From NCBI GenBank assembly GCA_029953675.1, contig JAMWBK010000013.1, positions 806,001-870,000 on the forward strand: a stretch of 64,000 bases of DNA, read 5' to 3'. The notes beneath the pieces are model-generated. The model saw only the letters and a list, made by a program, of their open reading frames with translations, searched no databases and was not told the DNA's origin. The stretch's first letter is position 1, and each line of letters starts with the position of its first letter. Below are positions 24,812 to 35,429 of this stretch, piece after piece. Both the position numbers and the translations under genes were made by a program. Source of the DNA: Rhodosorus marinus CCMP1338. Taxonomy: Eukaryota > Plantae > Rhodophyta.

Positions 24812-27690
24812 AGGCAAAGATCCTGAAGACGCTGTTCCGGGGTGCAGGGGGTGCGTATGCCCCTCGGGACCATCTGCGACGGGCAACAGCTTTGCTTGCT
24901 AACGAAACCCAACCACGAGCCGGCACACCTGCGTCTCCGGCCGATCGGCATGGTCGAGAGTCTACGGAAGCTCGGCGGGAGGTGGCTATGCAAGCGCCTA
25001 CGCCAGCGAGTCACCGCTTTTATGGCGCCTTGGCAGGTGGGGGTGGGATTTTCCAGGGGTTGCGAACTGAGCACTCATGCGATCGAGCTCGAGCGAGCCA
25101 GTAGGCCGGACTGGGGCGTTTTGGTGGTTGACTTCCGCAACGCGTTCAAAAGCGTCTCGCGGACGCCTGCCTTGGAGGTGATTCGAAGGGCATTCCCGGA
25201 GGCGTGGCCGTTCCTATCCGGTATTTACGGAGTAGGGAGCCTCCCTTACTTGACGACGCAGGGCTCTGTTTTCGCAGCACGTACTGGCGTTCAACAGGGT
25301 GATCCTTGTGGGCCTGTACTTTACGCCTATGCCTTGCAGCTGGTGCTCCAGCTCCGTTTATTCAGAGGCTAGCTACCCTGAGAAGCGAGAGACAAGACGC
25401 TGATGACGCGCGTCCACAAACAAAGCAGAATTGGAGCGCCACAGGGTCAAAGAAGGCTCCGTGAGCAGACTATCCAAACGCCCTCAGTCGTTGCGAAACA
25501 GAGCTCGCAGCCAGCGAGAACCTACACTGTCTATCAAGCCAAAGCACTCAATAATGAAGGGGACGAACCGGTATGTCACCGCCTAATCGCGAAAGGTAGG
25601 GTTTGACATCGCTGCCGCGTACTGCGAATCTTTCACTTGCCGCATGGACCGAGCTGCAGCTCCTCGACGTTGAGCCGACGCAGGCAGGTACCTGGTGGCC
25701 TGGAGACAAGGGATGGGGAGGTCAATGTACTCACTGCGACGCGCATTGAGGTCAGTCACAACGAGATCCGCCACCCGCTGTACCGCAGGGGCGTCACTCT
25801 CATCAGCAATTTCCAGCGACTGGCGGCTGAGGTGCCGGAGCTTCGCATCTGTGCTTACCATGACGACGTGGCGTTGCTGGGCACCCCTGAGCACTTGGCT
25901 CGGGGATTGACCCAAATCAAAGGAATCGCACATGGAGTAGGTCTAACCGTGGAACCCGAAAAATGCCGTTTTCTCGGCCCGCGGGCTCCCTGCAACCTAG
26001 TCTCTGAGCCTTTGGTGAACGTCCGGGGCTCGAGCACCATGGCGTCGGTTTGGGGAATGACAACTTTGTCCAAGACTCTTGCGAACGAGTTTTAGCACGC
26101 CATAAGCAGCTCAACGACGCTGCTTTTGAGAGCGCCTACCGGACAGCATGCTCCAATCGGCTTGCCTGCTCTCCCGCTTTTGTGCCGGCCCCCGACTGAA
26201 TTACTGAATGCGACGCCTTCCCTCGCACTGGGGCTCCTGAATGTCAGCCAAGGCGGACGAGGCGATGCTGAAGCACTGGGGAACGCTTTTGGATGAACCC
26301 CTGGATGTGGAAGCGGCTCCTGACGGGGACCTAATTCGTGGCCAGATTGCCCTACCTTTACGATTAGGCGGATTTGGAGTCGCCGACCGGTGGACTCGTA
26401 CGCTCGCCTGCGGCGGTCGCTCCTCCGCATCGCACCCTGGTGAGTTTTCGGATGCGAAGTGCTTGCCTTTTGGCTAGAGCACTGACTAGCGAAGACCCCA
26501 TGGCCCTTCCGCCACCGCTTTTGAGTATCTACGATGCTCTGCAACAGGCGTTAAGTAGAAGATCCGTTTATTCAGAAACGGATGAGTAAGTGCAACGCCG
26601 TGCCGGACGAGAGCCGATCCAGATTTCGCTCCTGGAAGGAGCTGTTATGGGGACGAACTGAGGCACTCGAAGACTCTCCCATCGACAGAGTACTCGCGGA
26701 CGAGGGGAAAGCTAGCCCCGGGTCTCCGGTTGCCGATTACCCTGGTCTGAGCCGATTGTGGAGCTCGCGCACTGATGTGATTCAACATAGCCTCACCTGT
26801 GGCCAACAAAGTGCCGCTCACACAATCTTGCTCAACTCTCCCCTCACTCCGTCTACCACCGCTCGCCTCCGCGGCATGGGAGGCCATCTATCACATTTGT
26901 GGTTAACGACGATGATGATCCGTTTCGACCCTGCCGCCATCACTGGGTCACCGCCTAGATGCCTTCCAGTTTAGCTCTGCCGTGCGGATCTACCTGGGTT
27001 TGCCACAAGCTCCGTGGCACTCTAATCGGCCGTCTTTCTGTCAGGGATGTGAGAGTCGGAACGATGCTTGTGGTTACCATTTCTTAGGTTCACGCGGACT
27101 GTTGAGAGGTCTTCGTACGAGGCGTCACACTCGCTTCAAGTACATTCTCAGTGAATATTTGACTCGGGTAGGGCATACGGTTGAGGTGGAATCGGAACTA
27201 CCCAGATCGGTCTGATAGGGCACCGCCCCGCTGTATCGCAGATCTCCTCGTCTCCGATGCTGCCGCCAGACGCTCAGCATATGCTGACCTCGCGATTACA
27301 TGCCCTGTGGCAAGCGCCCCTCTCACGGCTGCCGCCCGCCGCCGGGGAGCAGCTGCTTCGGCCCTTCGCCGCGTGAAGGAACGACGGTATGCTGAGAGTG
27401 TGGCCAGTCTGCCTCGCGCTGAAGGTCGCTGCCACCGGTTCCAGCGTTTCATTGTGGAAAGCTTTGGTCACGTGGAGAAGGCGGGTTTGGAGTGGTTTCG
27501 GAAATGTTTCACTGAGCATCCTGTTGAATACTTGGAACTTTTGCGGCGTTTAAGTGTCTCTCTGTGGCGATATTCGAGCAGCATGCTTGCCGAGGCGCGC
27601 CATCGGTGCCTGGGTTTGCACGCTTCCCTACCTAGTTCTTAGTTCCTTTTCACGGTTTGCGTAGCGCTTTAGGCTATGCCAATAAAGCCA
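24812..27690 (+). mobile_element. Family A long 5'-truncated copy (disrupted RT-RLE) carrying nested family B insertions
   Basis: LRPIG, QVGVG..GCE, VDFRNAFKSVSR, GVQQGDPCGP, AYHDD, QIALPLRLGGFG, CQGC, RHTRF and HRCLGLHASLPSS*. B inserts at 25353-25811, 26557-26586 and ~26908-26925. Confidence 0.88.
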
Positions 27691-27935
27691 GCTCATCGCC
27701 TGACACCTCTGGTCATTGAGTGCTTTGGGTTTATGGATTCCGCTGGTCTCGTTGGCCTCGGGAATTGTTCCGCGAAGGCCCTGACCGTCTGTCCTCGTTG
27801 TTTACCCGTCTAAGTTTCTTGCTGTAGCGTATGAACGCTGCTTTGATGTTGGAGGGCCTCGATCTTCACCGCGCTTAGTCTTTTTTTTTTCGCTCGGGGT
27901 GTTTTTCGTTCAGCCTCCGATTAAATAAATTCATC
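27690..27935 (+). mobile_element. Family C 3' stub
   Basis: Matches the C terminus (..GAACGCTGCTTTGATGTTGGAGG..CAGCCTCCGATTAAA). Confidence 0.75.
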
Positions 27936-28039
27936 GATTTTGTAGCGAGATTCAATGTCTATTAATAGACTTATCCGCAGCCCGGCCCTGGAAACAGAAA
28001 TTAGGGGATCGGTGGATTTATCTCAGTAGGAGGTACGTT

Positions 28040-28660
28040 TCTCTTTTTCTAGCGAACTCTCTATAGTTCCGTATGTGCTCATTGATTATGCGTTTTTTGA
28101 ATGCGTTTTTAGCGCATGCCTGATGGCCTCAGCGTTTTCTCATAATCACACCAGTTGAACTGTCTCAGCTTGGTTTTTGCAGTTTGTTTTAGAGTTTTTA
28201 TAAAACTTCAGTGGACCGGAAGCCCCGGGGAACACTCGGAGTACCGATACATCGTTTACGGCTAGACTCTTTAATGAAATTTCGCGGTGGTGGTTGTTGT
28301 TGTTGTTTTGCTTTGTTGTGATCGGACGTTTCATGCTCGAGCACAAAGTCGTCTATGAATCCAATCGTATTGCTGACGTCACTGTCTTTGCTCTCGTATG
28401 CTGGGATTTACTGCGTAGTGACGAGAACTACGATAAAACTACTGACACCGCAATAAAAGCTTGGTCCAAGATCAGGACATAATTTAGACCCAGCAAGAGA
28501 TTAAAATCACGAACAGGGAGGAGCTGCTCAAAGAATACTTCCGCATAGTTTGCGACGGGGCCCGTAGGCAATACTCACTTGCCGCCGAAATTCGTTGTGG
28601 TATCTGAGTAGACTACGAGAATAAAAACCAACATGTATGTGACGTAGTTGACATCAGCAA
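28040..28660 (+). repeat. Dispersed repeat X, copy 2
   Basis: Homologous to 5480-6030. Preceded by the GTCTATTAATAGAC palindrome (~27957-27970) and followed by a tail-to-tail family C stub, as in copy 1. Confidence 0.75.
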
Positions 28661-28679
28661 ACCACTTCGGATTAGAGTA

Positions 28680-29280
28680 AATCACTTTGTTCAATCGGAG
28701 ACTGAAAAAGAAATCGAGGGAAAAACAGGACAACGCGGGGCGAAGATCGCGAGCAGCCAACATCTAAACAAAACGTTCATACGCCACACCAGGAAACTTA
28801 AACTGGTAAACAAGCGAGGAGAGATGGTCAGGGCGTCGCGGAACAACTCCCCCAACCACTCGAGAACCAACGGAATCAATGAACCCAAAACACCCAATGA
28901 ACAAAAACTGTATCAGGCGATGAGGTAAAGCCGAAGCTCGTATTCCAGGGGATGACAAGCTCCGGCATATTTCATTCATTTGCGACGTCTCATGGTGGCA
29001 GCGGTAATTCCACGGCGCTCTCCCGCAGACGGCAAATAACCGCTAGCCTGATGTTTAGGTAGAGAAAGATCAACGTATTTAGTTCGACGGCTATGTAACG
29101 GGTGACCACGAGGTCGGCTACTCGGCGTTTGTCACTTTGGTAGTCTACTATAGGCACGGGTTTGTCTCGTTCCATTTCAAGACCGCCTTGCTAAGGTCAG
29201 GTCGAACCAGCGCTTCATCCGACGTAAATTCCAATCAACAAGAATTAAGATCTAGGAACACATTCTTGGAAGATGAATGA
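28680..29280 (-). mobile_element. Internally deleted, degenerate family C 3' fragment
   Basis: MERDKP..RRVADLVVT..; similar pieces occur at 13440-13650 and ~15850-16020. Confidence 0.7.
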
Positions 29281-29479
29281 ACCAGTTCAAATGAATGGAC
29301 TCTGCTAGTCTGGGGTTCCGTTAGCTATGTGATGTGGAGACTGAAAGAAAACAGCTTTGATGGGAAAAAAGAACTACTGCAGGCGGAGACCGCGCGCCTC
29401 CAACATCAAAGCGGCGTTGCAGGGATAATATCCAGTTCTTTAATAATTTTTCAAACGTGAGGGTTGTTTTACTGGTTTT

Positions 29480-30095
29480 TACTAGGGTAGTTTTACTAGT
29501 GGTTTTATTAGCGTGGCCGAAAGCGCCACGCTAAGCGTGAAAAGGAACTAAGAACTAGGTAGGGAAGCGTGCAAACCCAGGCGCCGATGGCGCGCCTCGG
29601 CAAGCATGCTGCTCGAATATCGCCACAGAAAGACACTCAAACGCCGCAAAAGTTCCAAGTATTCAACAGGATGCTCAGTGAAACATTTCCGCAACCACTC
29701 CAAACCCGAATTCTCCACGTGACCAAAGCTTTCCACAATGAAACGCTGGAACCGGTGGGAGCGACCCTCAGCGCGAGGCAGACTGGCCATACTCTCAGCA
29801 TACCGTCGTTCCTTCACGCAGCGAAGGGCCGAAGCAGCTGCTCCCCGGCGGCGGGCGGCAACCGTGAGATAGGCGCTTGCCACAGGGCATGTAATCGCGA
29901 GGTCAACATATGCTGAGCGTCTGGCGGCAGCATCGGAGACGAGGAGATCTGCGATACAGCGGGACGGTGCCGTGTCCGAGACCGATCTGGGCAGTTCCGA
30001 TTCCACCTCAACCGTATGCCCTACCCGAGTCAAAACTTGGTTTTTACTAGCCTAGCCTGAAGCGCTATGCAGGGCGTAAGAGGGAACGTTATGAA
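29480..30095 (-). mobile_element. Family A 3' fragment plus second terminal stub
   Basis: ORF 29548-30033 carries an intact RLE tail: IADLLVSD..YVDLAITCP..FIVESFG..LHASLPSS*. Confidence 0.85.
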
Positions 30096-30829
30096 CGTCT
30101 TTAGTCGGAGACTGAAAAAAAGAAACAAACGAGAAAAAAGACTACCGAAGGCGAAGATCAAGCTGCAGAACATCAAAGCAGCTGATATGCTACAGCAGGA
30201 AACCCAAACCGGATAAACATCGAGGTGAGCCGGTCGGGACGTCCGTAAAAGCTCTCGTTCTCGCCGTTGACTTCAAAAGAAGATAGATTTTTTCAGAACT
30301 AATTTTGCTTTCTGCTAGTGGATCACTGCCGGCAGCAGTCTCCATAGCACATTCGTGCAGATGACAGGGATAGACGGAGAGAGACGTTAGCAAACGTGGA
30401 CAGTCGAAGCGACTTCCGCCACCATGAGGATTTTGTCAAAGTTGATGATACAGTTGTCGTTCCAGCACATGGCTCTGAACATGTCGACGGAGACAATGAA
30501 CGTGCAGGCCCTAGGGGAGAGCACCGTGGATTTGCCGCTGCCAATATGAGACGTCCCAAAGAGTTGACATATGTGGGGCGCTCGTCTTCCCCATTCGTGC
30601 TTCGGCTCTAGCTCATCGCCTGGTACCTCCGGTCATTGAGTGCTTTGGGTTTAAGGATTCCGTTGGTTCTCGTTGGCTTCGGGAATTGTTCCGCGAAGGC
30701 CCTGACTGTCTGATCTCGTTATTTACCCGTTTAAGTTTCTTTCTGTGGCGAATGAACGCTGCTTTGATGTTGGAGGGGCGCGATCTTCGCCGCTCTTAGT
30801 CTGTTTTTTTTCCCTCGGGGTGTTTTCCT

Positions 30830-31400
30830 TCCGCTCCAATCAAATAAGTTCATTCAGAGCGGGAACTAATGTGTTCAATCGAGGCAGACACGTGTAGACT
30901 ATGAAGTGACCCAGGAGCGTTAGGGGTAACCAATTTTGATGCTTATTTAAGCCAAGCTCATTGACATACTTGCGGGGGAGACTCCAAGATAAAAGCAACA
31001 AGATACACAGAAAGGGACCATTTGTCAACAAATCTGAGCATAGGTTAGCAAGCTCAGTGACGTCAGCAATACTATTTGATTTATAAACAGCTTTGAGCTC
31101 AAGCATGAAATATCCGATCCGAACAAAACAAAACAAAAACTACCACCACGACCGCGAAATTTCACTGAAGAGTCCGGCCGCAAACGATGCATCAGGACTC
31201 TGAGTGCTCCCCGGGGGCTTAGGGTTTACTGAAATTCTATAAAAAGCGTAAAGCAAAGTGCAAAATCAAGCTGAGATAGTTCAGATGATGTGATTATGAG
31301 AAAACGCTCAAGCAATTAGGTAAGCTTACGAAAGCGCCCAATCATCACATACGGAACTATAGAGACTTCGTCAGAAAAAGAGAAAAGTACCTAATACCAA
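30830..31400 (-). repeat. Dispersed repeat X, copy 3 (inverted)
   Basis: Reverse-complement homology to 5480-6030 and 28040-28660. Confidence 0.7.
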
Positions 31401-31673
31401 ATTTCTGCTATCCGGCGCGGGATGTCTATTAATAGACATTGAATTACGGTAGAAAAATATTGGTATTTGCGCAAGTGACAAACCTCTTTATTATTAACGA
31501 ATATGAAAGTCTCCGCGAAGGTTTCCAAACGGCCAACCGCGCCGCAGCAAAAAACTTAAACTGCGAGCACTGGTTACAATCAGGAGCGGTACGCGGTACG
31601 CAGCGTGGAGGTTGCAGTCACTCAGGTCATTGCTATTGGCGGAACGAACGAACAAGGTACATTTCAGTATGAA

Positions 31674-34258
31674 TGAATGGTTTAATCGGAGGCTGAAAAA
31701 AAACCCCGAGGGGAAAAAAAGACTAAGCGCGGCGAAGTACTCGCGCCTCCAACATCAAAGCGGCATTCATGCGCCACAGCAGGAAACTTAAGCGGGTAAA
31801 CAACGATTGAAGACGGTCAGGGCGTTCGCGGAACAACTCCCGAAGCCAGCGAGAACCAACAGAGTCCATGAACCCAAAGCACTCAATGATCAGGGGTACC
31901 AAGCGATGTGCTAGTGCCGAAGCACGAACACCAGGGGAAGACAAAGCCCCCGCGTATTTGATCTTTTTGCGGCGTCTCATGCTGGCGGCGGCAGATCCAC
32001 GGCGCTCCCCCGCAGCCGGGAGATAACGACTAGCTTGAGGGTTAGGAACAGCAAGATCAACGTATGTGGTACGGCGGCTGTCGTCACAGGTGATCACCAG
32101 GTCGGCTACACGGCGTTCATCATTTTGAAAGTCCGCGACGGGTAAAGGTTTCTCACGTTCGATTTCCAGACCGGCTTGCCGGACTATAGGCCGAAGTTCC
32201 CGGTATAACAGGTTCAAGATCCGTGTATGGCGGCGGGTTCGAGCACCTTTCACCGCCGGGCAACTAGCGAGCAGGTGGGCGCCAAAATCTGCGTTGTCTT
32301 CAGTCTGAGAGCAGAGAGGGCACGACGAACCCATCTCGTACGGCCAAGGGGGCTGATGTAAGCCGAGGTATAAGCGCAGTGAAGTACGCACTTCGAAATC
32401 CGACAGTGTGAGTGGCGGAAAGGCTGGTACGGTCATGAGCCACTGAGAGCTAATAACCCCTCCAAGACTACGTAGGCGGGCGCGAGCGCGAGAAGATGAG
32501 ACCATCTGCGCGAGGAGTCGGCCATATGCAGCACGGTGCAAAGTCCCAAGAAAGGATATTTTGCAGCGCATCCGTGCGTGCTTGAGCTCGGCTCCCAGCG
32601 CGCTGGGAATCATCAGGAGGATCAACTGGAACTTCTTCTTCTGCGGCAACCACTGGGTCAATCTCCCCTAGAACAGGTTCAGGCGCAGGACGAATCCCCG
32701 GGGCGGAGCCTCGAGAGCGGTCAAATACAGCTCGCCAGTCAGGAAGACGGGGTTGAACGGTTTCGGGGAGACTAGTACAGGAATTCAGGGCGGTTTGGAG
32801 CTCCAGAAACAAGTCTTGGGCGCTTTCCGGTACGCTGGGAAGCAAGACACCCCGCGAGAGGCTCGCCATCAAATTGCGGAACTTCGAGATACCCAAGCTG
32901 CTCAAAGTGGGAAGTGCGGTTCCCCAGGCCCCTACTGCGGCTGCAGGTTGGACCACAACACGATTGCAGAGGCCCAGTCCCCCAATCGCAATGGGAGGCC
33001 TACCTGGGCGCGCACAACATCACAGGTGGGTCGCGGCAGAGCGCTCAGCTCTTCATCGAGAAAATACCCCAGGTCACGGAAACTTTCAGCATCCGCACGA
33101 GTGGCCAACCACCGGCCCCAATGAGTTGGAAGTGAGCGAAGCCAATAGGTTAACCGCTGACTGCAACAATACCGAAACAGCAACAACGAGCACTGGAGAA
33201 AGCCCGGAGGTAGCCGACGAAGCTCTGCAACCAGCTGTCTGTGCTTACCGAGGAGCTGCAGCAACTCGCCTTCAACGAAGGACGGCGACCCGTAGGGGAT
33301 GCCTAAGTGGACAAAACCATCCGGTCTCCAAATATCCTGGAACGACGCAGGTACATGCTGCTCTTGTGCAGCTACACCTCCCCAGTAGAACGATTTGTGA
33401 TGATTAACCTCCAGGTCAACCCGCGAAGCCAAGGAGCGGAGACGATCATAAGCGAGTGCTAGAGTATCAGGGGGCCCCAGGAGGCACACGTCGTCGTGGT
33501 ATGCAACCGTACGAACCTGCGGGAATTCGGAGCGAAGACAAAGCAAGACGAGTTGTAGTCCACAGGCATGTAGGAAAGGGGACAAGGGATCACCCTGTTG
33601 TAGCCCTGTGCGCGCCGCAAACGTGTGTGAGGAAGCGCCAAGGGTGTCATAGGTAGCCCCACGACCAAGCGGAGAATAAAGTCTACTAACAAAGGGAAAG
33701 CCTACAGGGAAGACTTCGCGCACCACGTGCATGAGAGCCGGACGAGAGACGCGGTTGAACGCATTGGTAAAATCTACAGAGAGGAGCCCAGAATCTGGGG
33801 AGTACGCCATTTCCGAACGGAGTAAAACAGACAACAACTCACAGCCACCACGATAGCCCACGCCTAACTGCACGTGCCCAAAGAAACGGCGGGATTCGGG
33901 AACCAGGATTTTCACTAACCATCGCGCCGCCAATTTGCGGACCACCTCAACCAGGCCAATAGGGCGAATAGCAGGGCTCGAGGCCGTGTGGCCGGGCTTC
34001 GAAAGCAGACACAACTGCGAACGCCCGACCAAGAACCACGCACACTCACACAGGGGATCACCATTCACGAGCGCTTCGACCACCCACGCCAACGCCTTCA
34101 AACCTTCATCACTTAAGAAACGGAGATATTCCACCCGCAGCCCCGAGGGCCCTGGGGAACGGCCCTTCGGAGCATCATGAACCAACTCACGCACCGCCTC
34201 CAGATTGACCGCTAACCGCGCACTGGGATGTGGCGCGGCGCGGTACTCTTCGAACACT
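31674..34258 (-). mobile_element. Family C 5'-truncated copy (~2.6 kb) with 7-bp TSD GTATGAA
   Basis: Nearly identical to 6818-9400. RT AYHDD and RLE present, with small frameshifts. GTATGAA at 31667-31673 and 34259-34265. (TTCA)n tail. Confidence 0.92.
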
Positions 34259-34544
34259 GTATGAAGGTATTTTCAATAGAAAAAAAACGAGGGGAAAAAA
34301 AGACTATGCACGGCAAAGATCGCGGACCTCCAGCATCAAAGCAGTGTTCATACGCCATAGTAAGAAACAAGTCGCTGCTTCCTTGATGGAGAACTATTCC
34401 CCGTTCCGACAATAGCAATGACCTGAGTGACTGCAACCTCCACGCTGACTAAATGAATTTTCCGATTGGTAGTAGACTCATTTGGGTGGGGTATAAGGCA
34501 CGCCGCATGGGGGCCTGCCTGATCCTACCTGGGAAAGTACTTGA

Positions 34545-34815
34545 ATGAAGATAGAAAATTACTTTCTATTCTGTTGTGACCGGACTTAAAACGCCAATCA
34601 ATGTTGATTGGAGTAGAAGGTTTTCAAGATTTTCATGGAAGTTTCATTGGTTGTTGGTTGTCCCAATGAAGATAGAAAATTACTTATTATTCTGTTGTAG
34701 GTTGACCTGACTTAAAACACCAATCAATGTTGATTGGAGTAGAAGGTTTTCAAAATTTTCATGGAAGTTTCATTGGTTGTTGGGATAACCAACAACCAAT
34801 GAAACGTTTCCATGC
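34545..34815. repeat. Two tandem ~125-bp units ending in a hairpin
   Basis: gaagatagaaaattact..ccaatcaatgttgattgg..tttcatggaagtttcattggttgttgg occurs twice, followed by a 17-bp inverted repeat at 34767-34805. Confidence 0.75.
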
Positions 34816-35429
34816 GGTATAGGGAAAAAAACATTGGTCCTCAGCCATCTTACCGATGTACATTTCTGCAAGGAAAGAAACACTTGCGTAAACTTCAATA
34901 GAAAACAAAACGAACGCATAAAAACAGACTCCGCTTTTATGCTGGAGGTGCGTAAAGATCGTTCGCCTTCCAGCATCAAAGCAGTGTTCATACGCCAAAG
35001 TAAGAAACCAGTCGGTGCTAACTTGATGGAGAAATAAGCCCGTTCCGACAATAGCAATGACCTGAGTGAGTGCAACCTCCACGCTGCCTAAATGAATTTT
35101 CTGATTGTAAATAGACTCATTTGGGTGGGATATAGGGCACGCCTCTTGGCGGCATAGGGACAAAAAACATTGGTCCTCAGCCATCTTACCGTTCAGTACC
35201 TGCTCACAAGGTCCACGATCTTTGCGAGGATACGCGGCCTGGGGTTATAAGTAAGCCGATGCTTCCTGAGGATTGGGATGCGTTGGAGGAGGGATATGTG
35301 ACAAGTCGTACATTGCCAGAGCAGGGATTGTGATAAGCGCTCAGATCTGAATTTGGGTAAACGAGTTTGTAGGCAGTTGGCAGAAATTTGGGAAAGTTGT
35401 CTAGTTCGTGAGGAGGGAGCAGATTGAAT

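Larger units (their letters stand above)
13440..27690. mobile_element. Dense nest of 5'-truncated family B (and A, C) retrotransposon copies in both orientations
   Basis: At least 13 copies of the B terminus (..GGGTAGTTAGCCTCTGAATAAACGGAT) on both strands, several bounded by TSDs, plus many overlapping RLE-domain ORF fragments. Confidence 0.9.

Noticed and set aside
13440-27690. B terminus plus variable segments as a CRISPR-like repeat-spacer array
   Set aside because: Spacing and orientation are irregular, the segments are contiguous element sequence, and TSDs explain the structure as nested retrotransposition.
13440-27690. Whole nest as an MDA or long-read chimera artefact
   Set aside because: Multiple TSDs and sequence divergence among copies argue against it. 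Individual junctions still need read confirmation.
7672-33692. Numerous antisense and alternate-frame ORFs over retroelements (e.g. MPHGPSCSSS.., MEHHRVKESS..)
   Set aside because: They are shadows of the GC-rich element ORFs and repeat only because the elements repeat.
34395-34450. Weak resemblance of the recurrent motif to U2 snRNA 3' stem-loops or to Alu/7SL
   Set aside because: Only short scattered matches; no 5' U2 sequence, Sm site or SRP core is visible.
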